From: an uncultured virus (IMG/VR IMGVR_UViG_3300037234_000698)
Taxonomy: Duplodnaviria; Heunggongvirae; Uroviricota; Caudoviricetes
Reading direction: 5' to 3' (one strand)
IMG/VR virus record: IMGVR_UViG_3300037234_000698
Length of the DNA stretch: 64,000 nucleotides
Below, piece by piece: positions 1 through 9,045 of the stretch (positions are counted from its first letter, which is position 1; each line of letters begins with the position of its first letter). The notes beneath the pieces are model-generated. The model saw only the letters and a program-made list of their open reading frames with translations, did no database searches and was not told the DNA's origin. The position numbers and the translations under genes are program-made.

Positions 1-1
1 C

Positions 2-532
2 TTCGGAGCCTACGCCGCGACGCGGCTGCTCTCGCGCATGATCTACTCGATGGTGCAGCGGAGGTGGCCCAAGTTTGGCAAGCACGCCGCGGCCCTGGGT
101 GCCGTCGGCGCCTTCGGCGGTTCCTGGTTCCTCGCCCACCGGATCAAGAAGCTAGCGCCGTACCACGACGCCATCGTTGTCGGCTCTGGGATCGCCGCGC
201 TCCAGACCATTGTTCGCACCTACGTGCCGAAGTACGGCTGGATCGTCAGCGATTACAAGCCCGAGGATCTCAGCCAGGCGAAGCAGCCAGCCCAGCTCGC
301 GACGCGCGCGGCCGAGGTGGAGGCCGCGGCCGGCGAGTTCGAGGGCGACGAGTATTCGTATCTCGAAGCCGAGCTCGAGGCCGTCGAGGCGACAGCTCCC
401 CCATCACAGACCGCGGCTGCCTACGCTACCGCCGATGCCGATGACAACGAGATCACCGAGGAGGATCTGGCCGCGGTACTCGGCGACGACGAGGATTCCG
501 GCGACCTTTACCAGGGCAGTTTTGCCAACTAG
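2..532 (+). CDS. 5'-truncated membrane protein with acidic tail; paralog of the C-terminal half of 34641-35939
   Basis: Frame is open from base 2 (FGAYAATRLLSRM...). Hydrophobic helices, then a D/E-rich tail ending LYQGSFAN. Confidence 0.7.
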   Translation, partial: FGAYAATRLLSRMIYSMVQRRWPKFGKHAAALGAVGAFGGSWFLAHRIKKLAPYHDAIVVGSGIAALQTIVRTYVPKYGWIVSDYKPEDLSQAKQPAQLATRAAEVEAAAGEFEGDEYSYLEAELEAVEATAPPSQTAAAYATADADDNEITEEDLAAVLGDDEDSGDLYQGSFAN

Positions 533-541
533 GAGGCCACC

Positions 542-859
542 GTGTCCTATAGCTCAGTAGGCAGCGGCGTGTTGACAGATGTGGTGGCGACGATTCCGGC
601 GTGCTCGTCCCTTACCGTCAACGAGGCGGCCGACCTCCTAATAATGGGGGGAAAAACCTGGGCAGAGCGCGACGTGATACTGCGCCGCCTGGAGAACATC
701 GGCGGTTTCTGTACCAAGGACTATCTCGCGGCCGTACGAGACATCGCAGAGCGCATCGATCCCCGGCCGGTCAAAGAGCCGCCGCCGGTTATGCAGAAGG
801 GGATCCCGCCCTGGATGTTCGTCGCCGGCCTGGTCGGCGTGTTCTTGCTCGTGAGGTGA
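542..859 (+). CDS. small C-terminally anchored membrane protein
   Basis: GGAGG RBS, GTG start, N-terminal SYSSVGS, C-terminal TM IPPWMFVAGLVGVFLLVR. Confidence 0.75.
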   Translation: MSYSSVGSGVLTDVVATIPACSSLTVNEAADLLIMGGKTWAERDVILRRLENIGGFCTKDYLAAVRDIAERIDPRPVKEPPPVMQKGIPPWMFVAGLVGVFLLVR

Positions 860-861
860 TC

Positions 862-1101
862 ATGGCCTATGTCCCCGCAGGATTCACCGAGGAGCAAGAG
901 AAGCTGGTGCTCTCCCGCCAGGAGAAGATCGAGGCTCACGTAGACGAGATCATAGCCAGGCAAAAGACCGAGGAGTCGCGCCGGCGCTGGACGCTGCTCT
1001 TTGCGGTGGTCGGCGGCGTGTTCGCGGCCGTTCGCCTGGGAGTGATCGCCTTCCCCTTGATGAAGAAGCGAAAGGCTCGACTGGGCCAACTAGGAGAGTA
1101 G
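862..1101 (+). CDS. small membrane protein
   Basis: GAGG RBS, ATG at 862 (MAYVPAG), one TM followed by KKRKAR. Confidence 0.7.
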   Translation: MAYVPAGFTEEQEKLVLSRQEKIEAHVDEIIARQKTEESRRRWTLLFAVVGGVFAAVRLGVIAFPLMKKRKARLGQLGE

Positions 1102-1103
1102 CC

Positions 1104-1412
1104 GTGACGCGATCTGTTGAGGATATGATCGGCGAAGCGGTTGCGATAAACGAGGGAGAGACGTTCCTCGCCTACCTGTTCCCGCCCTACCGGAAGCACG
1201 GCTGGCGGATCGGCATCATCCGGCCCGACGGCGTTGTGAAGCACTGGGAGGGTTTCGCGGAATTTCCGGCCGAGTGGGGCGACTACGCCGCGCTTCGACA
1301 CAGTGAGCTCTTCGACGACGTTGACATCGAGGATGTGCTCCGCGAGTGGGCAAAGGACGAGCGGGTGAAGATCAAATTCGACGAGTTCGTCGGCAAGTCG
1401 GAGGGCCTCTAA
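1104..1412 (+). CDS. hypothetical protein
   Basis: GGAG RBS; packed tightly between its neighbours. Confidence 0.65.
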   Translation: MTRSVEDMIGEAVAINEGETFLAYLFPPYRKHGWRIGIIRPDGVVKHWEGFAEFPAEWGDYAALRHSELFDDVDIEDVLREWAKDERVKIKFDEFVGKSEGL

Positions 1413-2447
1413 ATGCCGCTTCCCCGACCAGCGAACGCGAAGCCCGATACTGCCGAGCTGCTCGACCTGCGCGAGTACGAGAAGATCATTGTCTCCTACT
1501 CGGGCGGCAAGGACTCAACCGCGTGCGTGCTCCACCTACTCGACCTCGGGGTGCCGCGCGGGTGCATCGAGCTCTGGCACCAGGCCGTCGATGGCCGCCC
1601 AGGCGGCGACCCGTTCTTCGACTGGCCGATCACCGAGGCCTACTGCGAGGCCTTCGCCGCGGCGATGGAGCTGCCGTTGCTCTACCAGTGGCGCGACGGC
1701 GGCATCGAGGCCGAGATGCTCAAAATGGGCACGCCAACGGCCGGCGGGACATTCCAGCTTCTCGACGGGAGCGAGATGAGCGCCGGCGGCACCGGAAAGC
1801 CGAAGAACCGTCTGATGTTTCCGGCGCCGATTGTAGACCTGCGCAAGCGGTGGTGTACCTCCCTTCTGAAGATCGACGTCGACGCGATGGTCTATGCCAA
1901 CGATCCGCGTTTCAAGACGGGCTGCACCGTCGTCGAACTCACCGGCGAGCGTCGCCAGGAGAGCGGCAATCGAGCCAAGTACGCCGAGATCCTTCCCCAC
2001 AAGGCAACCACCCAGAAGCGACGCATTGACAAATGGCGAGCGGTGATCGACTGGACCGAAGAGGAAGTCTGGGACGCGCTCAAGCGGCACAACATCAATC
2101 CGCACCCCTGCTACCACCTGGGCTGGTCGCGCTGCTCGTGCCTACCCTGTATTTTCGGCGATGCTCGCGACTGGGCATCGGTGCGCGCACTAGACATCAA
2201 CCTCTTTCGCGCGCTAGAGGAGCTCGAGGACACGTTCGGCAAAACGATCCGGATGGACAAGATCCCCCTGGGCGACTGGGCGAACATGGAGTGCAAGCGC
2301 GGCTGCGGCCCGTACCTCGACATGAAGAAAGATCACCTGATGGTTGGGAAGGCGCTGGGCAGGAGCTACGACCCCGCCGACATCTTCGTGAAGGGCAAGT
2401 GGACGCACCCGCGCGGAGCGTTCGGACACTCTGGAGGGCCGGTATGA
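1413..2447 (+). CDS. PAPS reductase-family (PP-loop) protein, CysH/DndC-like
   Basis: SYSGGKDS PP-loop, RWCTSLLK, GERRQESxxR, HPCYxLGWSRCSCLPCIF. Confidence 0.88.
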   Translation: MPLPRPANAKPDTAELLDLREYEKIIVSYSGGKDSTACVLHLLDLGVPRGCIELWHQAVDGRPGGDPFFDWPITEAYCEAFAAAMELPLLYQWRDGGIEAEMLKMGTPTAGGTFQLLDGSEMSAGGTGKPKNRLMFPAPIVDLRKRWCTSLLKIDVDAMVYANDPRFKTGCTVVELTGERRQESGNRAKYAEILPHKATTQKRRIDKWRAVIDWTEEEVWDALKRHNINPHPCYHLGWSRCSCLPCIFGDARDWASVRALDINLFRALEELEDTFGKTIRMDKIPLGDWANMECKRGCGPYLDMKKDHLMVGKALGRSYDPADIFVKGKWTHPRGAFGHSGGPV

Positions 2448-3658
2448 GAAACGCCGAAGTTTGCGACCTCGATCCACTCTGGGACGACGACGTGCTCGTC
2501 TACGACGAAGGCGACCCTCGCCTCGAAGAGGGTCTAACCCATAACCCTCCCCAGACCTTCGAGCGCATGGACCTGGCGAAGAAGGCCTGCGCCGATGTCA
2601 TCAAGGGGGCGAAGAAGGCCTACGGCCCGACCGTCGATGGCAAGCTAGAAAAGCTGAAGACGATCTGCGACCTGCCGATCATCTACAACAGCCGCCTGCG
2701 CCGAGCGCTCGCGCGCTGCATTTTCGCCTACGACAAGAAAACCGAGAAGCACCGCCCGGTGAAGCTCGACTTCGCCAACGACATTGTCTGGCCAGACGAC
2801 CTCCTCTTCGAGACGCTGGTTCACGAATACTGCCACGCGGCACACGGCATCATTGCCGGCGACTACATCAGCGAGCGAGCCCACGGCCCCGAGTGGAAAA
2901 CCCTGATGCTAGCCAGCGGCCAGCTGCCGGATCGGCAGTGCAATGACGAGCGGATCTCGCGCCAGCGCCAGCCCGAGTATTGGGCGCAGCGCGACAAGGA
3001 ACTCGCCGAGCCGCCGCGGCCACCAGGGCTGCCGTCGCTTGGCGACTGGGTGTCCGAGTACGAGAAGGGGGAAGGCGAGCTCGGCGAGGTGTTCCCTCCC
3101 CCCGCTCCCCGTCGGAAGAAGAAGCCGACCGGACACCTGGAGCACAAGCCGACTGGCTGGACGGTCAAGTTGCCCCCTGGCGTTCCAGTTCCCGAGGTGC
3201 TGTCCTTTTATAGCCCCGACGGCGAGCTGGCCGGCTCGGTCGAGTACGAGGGCATCGAATACGAGGACGTGGTCGACCAAACCGGAGCGCCTACCGAAGC
3301 GGTGTATTGGCTTCTGGCCCAGGTCGCCGCGAGGGCGAGAATACTGAAGCCGAAGGCCAAGAAGCCGCCAGCGCCGAAGCCGCCAGCGCCGAAGCCGCCA
3401 GCGCCGAAGCCGCCAGCGCCGAAGCCGCCAGCGCCGAAGCCGCGACCGAAGCCGCGACCGAAGCCAGCGCCGAAGCCCAAGCCCGCGGCGCCCCCCGGCA
3501 ATGGCTACGGCGGCATGAGCATGTCGAAGCTGGAGGGCGAGCTCGAACGCCTTACCAGCGCGCTGGAGAAGGGCAACCTGAGTGCATCTGAGGATGCGCG
3601 ACTCTCGCGCGAATGGGACGACGTGGTCGCCGAGCTCGGGAGGCGTGGGGCCGAGTAA
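2444..3658 (+). CDS. SprT-like zinc metalloprotease with PAPK linker and C-terminal helical module
   Basis: ATGA overlap start at 2444; TLVHEYCH (HExxH) followed by HGPEWK. Confidence 0.82.
   Translation: MRNAEVCDLDPLWDDDVLVYDEGDPRLEEGLTHNPPQTFERMDLAKKACADVIKGAKKAYGPTVDGKLEKLKTICDLPIIYNSRLRRALARCIFAYDKKTEKHRPVKLDFANDIVWPDDLLFETLVHEYCHAAHGIIAGDYISERAHGPEWKTLMLASGQLPDRQCNDERISRQRQPEYWAQRDKELAEPPRPPGLPSLGDWVSEYEKGEGELGEVFPPPAPRRKKKPTGHLEHKPTGWTVKLPPGVPVPEVLSFYSPDGELAGSVEYEGIEYEDVVDQTGAPTEAVYWLLAQVAARARILKPKAKKPPAPKPPAPKPPAPKPPAPKPPAPKPRPKPRPKPAPKPKPAAPPGNGYGGMSMSKLEGELERLTSALEKGNLSASEDARLSREWDDVVAELGRRGAE
3361..3480 (+). repeat. 15-bp coding tandem repeat GAAGCCGCCAGCGCC (KPPAP) x5, plus degenerate copies
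   Basis: Read directly from the sequence. Confidence 0.9.
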
Positions 3659-5160
3659 TGTACGCGGCCGAGGCATTCGCCGGCGGTGGTCTGCTTTCCC
3701 TCGGCCTGACTATCGAGGGGATCCACGTCGGCGAGACGTGCGAGATCAACCCGCAAGCGATCAAGACGCTCAAGGCGAACTTCGATCTGAAGATCACGCG
3801 CTGCGACGCGCGCAAGTGGACTCCAAAAGTTCCCAGGGGCGGGATCGACTTGCTCTGTGGCGGCCCGCCCTGCCAGCCCTGGTCGGGCGCCGGCGCCAAG
3901 AAGGGCAAGCGCGACGAGCGCGACATGTTTCCAGAGATCGTCCGCTGGACGAAGGCGACGAAGCCGCGCGTGGTGGTCATGGAGAACGTCGGCTCGACAC
4001 CCGAGTCGCGCAAGCGCGCTCACGCCGGACTGCACCCTGGGATCCTTGCCGACAAGCACGCCGGCTACCTGGAGTGGTGGTGGCGCGAGATGGGCAAGCT
4101 CGGCTACGAGGGCGTGGTCTGGTCGCTCCTGGCGGCCGACTACGGCACTCCCCAGCTGCGAGCTCGCGTGATCTTCGTGGCGTGGCCGAAGGGGTCGCCG
4201 GTTGCCGACGTCCTGTCCGAGCCCCCGCCGATCACCCACGCCTTCCCAGGCGACGCCGCCTCCCTGGGCCTGCTCCCCTGGACCGGAAGCGCCGAGCGGC
4301 TCACCAGCGGATGCTGCGGCCGGTGGGGCTACTACTCGTGCGCCTTCTTGTGGAATCTCGACGGCTTCTGCGAGAACTGCTTTCAGGGCGCGAACTACGA
4401 GATGGCCGAGGGCGACTACGGCGTGAACGAGGATCTCTCGCGCGAGTCGCTCGAATACGTGATGCGCGACCCGAAGCGGATCCACAAGCACAGACCGGCC
4501 GACATGAGTGGCACACTCGACCGGCACCTGGCACCGACCATGGTGGCCGATCTGGCCAGGGGAGTCCCCTACGGCCTGGTCGTCGAAACCGGCGGCTTCG
4601 TCAGCGACTTCTCCGACCCGGCCGACTACGAATTCCTGCGCCGGCTCACGCCGAAGGAGGCCGCGAAGCTGATGGACGTGCCCCAGTGGTACAACTTCGA
4701 GGGCTCGGTCGCGCAGCAGTACAAGCAGATCGGCAACGGCATCCCGATCAACCTCGGCCGCGCCATCAGCCGCCATGTGCTCGTGGCGCTCGACGAGCCG
4801 CTCCTCGACCCCTACCACGACCGCGCCGGCATCTGGCCGTTCATGGAGGGCGACGACTGCCACTTTACAGATGACATGCTGCGCAGCCTGCGCGCCAGCG
4901 ACGTTCGCTACTCTCCCTCGGAGCCGCCGGCACCGAAGCCGAAAGCGAAGAAGCCAGCGCCGAAGCCAGCGCCGAAGCCGAAGCCAGCGCCGAAGCCAGC
5001 ACCGAGCGCCCTGGGTTCCATGTCCGATAGCCAGCTCGAGGACGAGCTGAACCGCCTGACGTCGCTGCTCGAAGGCTCGCTGCCTCCCGAGGAGGACGAG
5101 GCCGTATCGGCAGGGTGGGACGCGGTGGTCGCCGAGCTCAACAACAGAGGATGGGACTAG
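3658..5160 (+). CDS. C5 cytosine DNA methyltransferase with Cys-rich insert, PAPK linker and C-terminal helical module
   Basis: TAATG overlap start; FAGGG (motif I), GGPPCQ (IV), ENV (VI), QLRARV (VIII), YKQIGNG (X). Confidence 0.9.
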   Translation: MYAAEAFAGGGLLSLGLTIEGIHVGETCEINPQAIKTLKANFDLKITRCDARKWTPKVPRGGIDLLCGGPPCQPWSGAGAKKGKRDERDMFPEIVRWTKATKPRVVVMENVGSTPESRKRAHAGLHPGILADKHAGYLEWWWREMGKLGYEGVVWSLLAADYGTPQLRARVIFVAWPKGSPVADVLSEPPPITHAFPGDAASLGLLPWTGSAERLTSGCCGRWGYYSCAFLWNLDGFCENCFQGANYEMAEGDYGVNEDLSRESLEYVMRDPKRIHKHRPADMSGTLDRHLAPTMVADLARGVPYGLVVETGGFVSDFSDPADYEFLRRLTPKEAAKLMDVPQWYNFEGSVAQQYKQIGNGIPINLGRAISRHVLVALDEPLLDPYHDRAGIWPFMEGDDCHFTDDMLRSLRASDVRYSPSEPPAPKPKAKKPAPKPAPKPKPAPKPAPSALGSMSDSQLEDELNRLTSLLEGSLPPEEDEAVSAGWDAVVAELNNRGWD

Positions 5161-5164
5161 GCTG

Positions 5165-6301
5165 ATGGGAACGTGGCAATACCGCTTCGCCTGCACCGAC
5201 AGCTACGGCGAGCTGATCAACTACATCACCGACGACGAGCGCTCGCGCGACATCTCCTATCGCACCTTCACCAAGTACGCCGACCTCGGCCCGCTGCGAC
5301 GCGACGACCACCCGGCGATGTGGAGGATCTCATGCCCCGACAACTGGGCGATCAGCTTCCACGAGAGCGCACTACCATCGGGGACGCCAATCGTCTACTT
5401 CGACTGGTCGCGCATCGAGCATGTGTTCTCCGCGGAGCCGATCAACCAGAGGGAAGAGCTCGCCCTACTGACCGGCCAGGCGACCACCGAAGGTGACCAG
5501 TGGAAGCTGGAGGAGCTTCTCGACAACGGAGCGGACGTTGACTCTCTCAACCGAGTCACCGTCTACCACCACACGTCCAGAGATGCCGCCGACCGAATTC
5601 TCGCGACCGGCGTCATGTACTCCAAGGAGGATGGCCTCTTTTTCTCGACAAGGCCGGATGGCCACGCAGCAGGATATGGCCCGGCCGTCGTCAAGTTCCT
5701 GATCCCCGTTTCCGAGCTCCAGCTCGACGACGTGTTCGGAGACGAGGCGCATGTGCGCCTACCAACCCATATTGGCACGACGGTCGTGAGGCACTATCTC
5801 GTTCGCGAGAACCCCGCCGGCAAGCGCCGCGTCGCGCCGGTGCCGAAGGGCTGGTCCGACAGGCCGGCGCCGACGGCCGACAAGATGTGCTACCGCACCA
5901 AGACCGACGCGCTGAACAAGTTTCTCGATTACAACTGGCGCATCGTGGAAGAAGTGTTCCGCGGCCCTAACTTCGGCCACGGACGCGAGGGCTTCGACAA
6001 CATCAACCATGCCTACGAGCTCACGGGGCGCAACGTCGCCGACACGCTCGCAAAGGCGGTGTGGTGGTCGCTGCCGGGGCCGAAGCCCTGGTGCCTAACA
6101 AACATCAACGTCGCCCTCCTGAACGAGGGCGACATAGCGCAGCGCGCTGGCGCGACGTTCTCCCTGCCCGCTTACGCCGAAGAGCAGAAGATGATCGAGG
6201 AGGAGGAGGAGTGGTGGAAGGACCAGGGGGAGGAGGCCTGCGAGTGGAAGTGCGACTGCCCGCCGGCCGAGTATCCGACCGAGGACGAAGTCCCGTTCTA
6301 G
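5165..6301 (+). CDS. multi-module protein; middle module resembles an ADP-ribosyltransferase-like fold
   Basis: Middle module reads VYHHTS..A..ILATG...GLFFST; apparent module junctions at LLDNG and RENP. Confidence 0.6.
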   Translation: MGTWQYRFACTDSYGELINYITDDERSRDISYRTFTKYADLGPLRRDDHPAMWRISCPDNWAISFHESALPSGTPIVYFDWSRIEHVFSAEPINQREELALLTGQATTEGDQWKLEELLDNGADVDSLNRVTVYHHTSRDAADRILATGVMYSKEDGLFFSTRPDGHAAGYGPAVVKFLIPVSELQLDDVFGDEAHVRLPTHIGTTVVRHYLVRENPAGKRRVAPVPKGWSDRPAPTADKMCYRTKTDALNKFLDYNWRIVEEVFRGPNFGHGREGFDNINHAYELTGRNVADTLAKAVWWSLPGPKPWCLTNINVALLNEGDIAQRAGATFSLPAYAEEQKMIEEEEEWWKDQGEEACEWKCDCPPAEYPTEDEVPF

Positions 6302-6873
6302 CGGCGCCCGCGCCAGCCGCGGCGCTGGATTCGCTCGAACATGGTTAGCTGGCGATCCGGCGGGACCGGCGCGTCCTTGAACCGGCGGTAGACGTCGGCC
6401 GCGGCCTGCCCGCGGGAGCACGCGACGCGCACCTCCAGCGGGCAGGAGGGGGCGTAGTAGAGGCTGCCCGGCAGCCCGACCTTGCGCTGGCGAAGCGGGT
6501 GCATGAGCTCCCCGCAGGCAACGCAGCGCATTTCCAGGGCGAGCGCTTGCTCCCGCACGTCCGGCGGCACTTCCTTGAATTCGATCCGGATGCGCGGATC
6601 TTCGTGGCCGCCGTCGCGGTCGTACTGCTCGATGTGTAGGAAGGGCTGCACCTTTGGCCAGAACGGGTGGTCGAGCAGGTCGCGGGCTTCGAGGGAGGCC
6701 TGCTCGTCGGCGACGATCAGCGCCTCAAAGATCCGTTCGAGCTCGCGCGCCATGTCTCGGCAGAGCTCCCAGTCTTTGCGGCCGTAGGCGATCTCCAGCT
6801 GTGCCATGCCCTGTTGGTCGGGTGTCGGGTCGTTCGCCATGCCCTGTTGGTCGGGTGTCGGGTCGTTCGCCAT
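6298..6873 (-). CDS. hypothetical Cys-containing protein with duplicated N-terminus
   Basis: GAGGG RBS; MANDPTPDQQG occurs twice; CxxC. Confidence 0.7.
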   Translation of the reverse strand: MANDPTPDQQGMANDPTPDQQGMAQLEIAYGRKDWELCRDMARELERIFEALIVADEQASLEARDLLDHPFWPKVQPFLHIEQYDRDGGHEDPRIRIEFKEVPPDVREQALALEMRCVACGELMHPLRQRKVGLPGSLYYAPSCPLEVRVACSRGQAAADVYRRFKDAPVPPDRQLTMFERIQRRGWRGRR

Positions 6874-6874
6874 G
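6803..6874. repeat. perfect 33-bp tandem duplication
   Basis: GCCATGCCCTGTTGGTCGGGTGTCGGGTCGTTC x2, followed by GCCATG. Confidence 0.95.
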
Positions 6875-6875
6875 T

Positions 6876-7325
6876 CTATCCCTCTTTGTCCTCGGCGCCT
6901 TCGTCCCCAGGCGTCTTACCGAAAGCCGAAATCAAGCTCACCAGGCCGCCGATGCCGCCGGCGGCACCGCCCAGGGCGTGCATGTTGCCGGCGCTCTTCG
7001 TGCGACGCGCGAGCAGCCAGGTCGCCGCCACCTGGGCGGCCCTCATGTCGAGCGCCAGCCGCTCGGCAGGCATCTCGCTGGCCGCCGGGTGTTCCTCGGC
7101 CCACGTCTCGACGCGGGCGCACAGCGCAGAGTCCACCTTCTCTTCGAGGGCGCCCATGCGCTTGTGCTCCAGCGCGAGCTGGTCGCAGCCGATGGCGATG
7201 CTTCGCAGCAGCCGGACGGCGCGCTTGCGCGCCTCGTCGTCTCTGAAGGTAACCTCGCCGGCGTCCGCGACGCTCAGTGCGAGGGTTTCGAGGAAGATTC
7301 GTTCTTCGGTTGGTTCGTCGAACAT
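6876..7325 (-). CDS. hypothetical protein
   Basis: AGGAG RBS, start MFDEPT, coupled to neighbours. Confidence 0.65.
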   Translation of the reverse strand: MFDEPTEERIFLETLALSVADAGEVTFRDDEARKRAVRLLRSIAIGCDQLALEHKRMGALEEKVDSALCARVETWAEEHPAASEMPAERLALDMRAAQVAATWLLARRTKSAGNMHALGGAAGGIGGLVSLISAFGKTPGDEGAEDKEG

Positions 7326-7636
7326 CAGAGTGGATCTCCTTTGAGAATGCTGGCGGTCACCCGGAGGATGTTGTAGGGGTGAGCCAGCAGCGCGTGGGCC
7401 TTCGCTTTCGCCTGGGCCTCGTGGGTGTGCAGTGCGCAGTGCTGCACGGTGAACACATGCTCCGGCTTGCGCTTGCCGGCTTCGACCAGTTGCTCGCAAG
7501 TGCGGCAGTGGACGATCTCGCCGCCGCGGTTCTCGCACCCGTCAACGAAGCACGGGCCGCGGTGCGGCCTCTCTTTGTCCACGAGCAGCCCCTGCTGCTT
7601 CAGCTTGTTCTTTTCTCGCTTATGAGCCTTGCCCAT
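7325..7636 (-). CDS. hypothetical Cys/His-rich protein
   Basis: Coupled ORF with Cys and His pairs. Confidence 0.6.
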   Translation of the reverse strand: MGKAHKREKNKLKQQGLLVDKERPHRGPCFVDGCENRGGEIVHCRTCEQLVEAGKRKPEHVFTVQHCALHTHEAQAKAKAHALLAHPYNILRVTASILKGDPL

Positions 7637-7842
7637 CGTCTTCTCCCCATCGCTCGGCCAGGTCGCGCAGGCCGACCGAGAATAACTCCAAGATCCGCGC
7701 GGCCTCGTCCACGGCGACGCCGGCGCGCTCGATCCACTGCTTGTCCTGACGCGCCAGGGCGAGGTCGGAGTCGAACATTACGTCCTGCACGCGCGACAGC
7801 TTCTCGGCAACGCGCGCCCGGCACAGCTTGATGAGATCGGGA

Positions 7843-8328
7843 TCAGTCATCGGCGCCCCCTCCCACTCCCAACAGCGGCGGCATGTTTCCGTTCTCGTAC
7901 ATCTTGTCCACCTGGGGGTGCGCCCAGTCGCCGAAGCTGCGGCCATCGGGCATAACTATGTCGGCGAGGAACTCGCGCTCGACCGTGGTGAGCCCGCATT
8001 CGACCGCCTCGAGCTTGGCCTTGATGATCAAGCACAGCGAGCGCCAGCGCTGGCGGCAGGCCTGCTCCCACTTCTTCTCCGCGGCGTCGGGCGAAAGCGC
8101 CTTGCGACAGGTGCCGCCGTGCATGTAGTGGGTGAACGCCTCGTCGTCGCGGTCGGGCATTCGCATCACGACCTTGACCATGCGCTCGGCGATCTGGAAG
8201 CCGACCATGGCCTTGTTGTCGGAGAAGCCGGAGAAGAAGCCGGAGGCTCCGTAGCGCATCAGGATCGTCTCGATCTCTGCGCGCGACTTCGCGACGGGGA
8301 CGTTGGTGTCAGCGGCGAACCTTGCCAT
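7843..8328 (-). CDS. phage-type hypothetical protein
   Basis: SRAEIE...QRWR.L.L.IKAKLEAVE...EFLA pattern, which I recognise from phage early proteins. Confidence 0.75.
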   Translation of the reverse strand: MARFAADTNVPVAKSRAEIETILMRYGASGFFSGFSDNKAMVGFQIAERMVKVVMRMPDRDDEAFTHYMHGGTCRKALSPDAAEKKWEQACRQRWRSLCLIIKAKLEAVECGLTTVEREFLADIVMPDGRSFGDWAHPQVDKMYENGNMPPLLGVGGGADD

Positions 8329-8569
8329 GAGCAACCTCTGTGAGTGCAGATAGGATCATCGGGCCGATGCCCAACAGGAGGCGAGAGCGCACGACCTCGG
8401 CGTCGGCCTTCTTGAGCGCGAGACTGATCGCGCTTAGGACCGACAGGTGCATCCCGGTGGGCTCCGCTCCGGCCTCCCAGCGGTAGAGCGTGCGATCCGT
8501 AACCCCCAGAATGCGAGCCCACTCCGAGCAGGAGAAACCGAGGGACGCGCGCATCGCCTTGGCGTTCAC
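8309..8569 (-). CDS. XRE-type helix-turn-helix regulator
   Basis: MRASLGFSCSEWARILGVTDRTLYRWEAG. Confidence 0.8.
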   Translation of the reverse strand: MNAKAMRASLGFSCSEWARILGVTDRTLYRWEAGAEPTGMHLSVLSAISLALKKADAEVVRSRLLLGIGPMILSALTEVAHGKVRR

Positions 8570-9045
8570 GGCGTTTCCTTCTCCTCGGCGTCGCGCTCGG
8601 CGAGCACCTCGCCGACCACCCTCTGCACGTACTTCGGATCGACGGGGATTAGCTCCCGCGCCGTCTCGAAGAGCTTGTCGTAGTTGGCGACGCACCACTC
8701 GACGGCCTTGCGCACCTCGTCGGGGTCGGCGATGTTGCAGAGGCCACCGACCAGGCCGCCGAAGACGAGCTCGGTGGCTTTGAGCTCCTTGGTTTTGAGC
8801 CGGGCCAGGCGCTGCTCGGCCGCCTTCACCAGATGTGTCTGCGTGGGCATCTTGCCCTTGCGCACCCGCTTCTGGATCTTCCAGCTGATTGAGGACTCGG
8901 CCAGGAACGTGAGCACGACGCGGATGTTATCGCGGCCGAAGTGCTTGGACGCGGGTAGGATCTGCGCGCAGAAGAGCTTGGCCATCTCGCGACTGGTAAG
9001 GGCCTCGGTGCGCGCCTCCCGGGTGTCGAGCTTTCGCTCACTCAC
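8566..9045 (-). CDS. hypothetical protein
   Basis: GGAGG RBS, GTG start, coupled ORF. Confidence 0.6.
   Translation of the reverse strand: MSERKLDTREARTEALTSREMAKLFCAQILPASKHFGRDNIRVVLTFLAESSISWKIQKRVRKGKMPTQTHLVKAAEQRLARLKTKELKATELVFGGLVGGLCNIADPDEVRKAVEWCVANYDKLFETARELIPVDPKYVQRVVGEVLAERDAEEKETP

Noticed and set aside
1413..2447. Complete Dnd/Ssp phosphorothioation system
   Set aside because: Only a PAPS-reductase-family gene is present; no DndA/D/E or SspB/C-like partners are visible.
3361..5005. Short tandem repeats as a possible CRISPR array or DGR repeat
   Set aside because: They are in-frame Pro/Ala/Lys linker codons with no unique spacers; no cas or reverse transcriptase gene is visible.
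3505..5196. Long antisense and alternative-frame ORFs (e.g. 563 aa here, 19751-20953, 34773-35855)
   Set aside because: These are shadow ORFs expected at high GC; the opposite frame carries clear motifs and RBSs.
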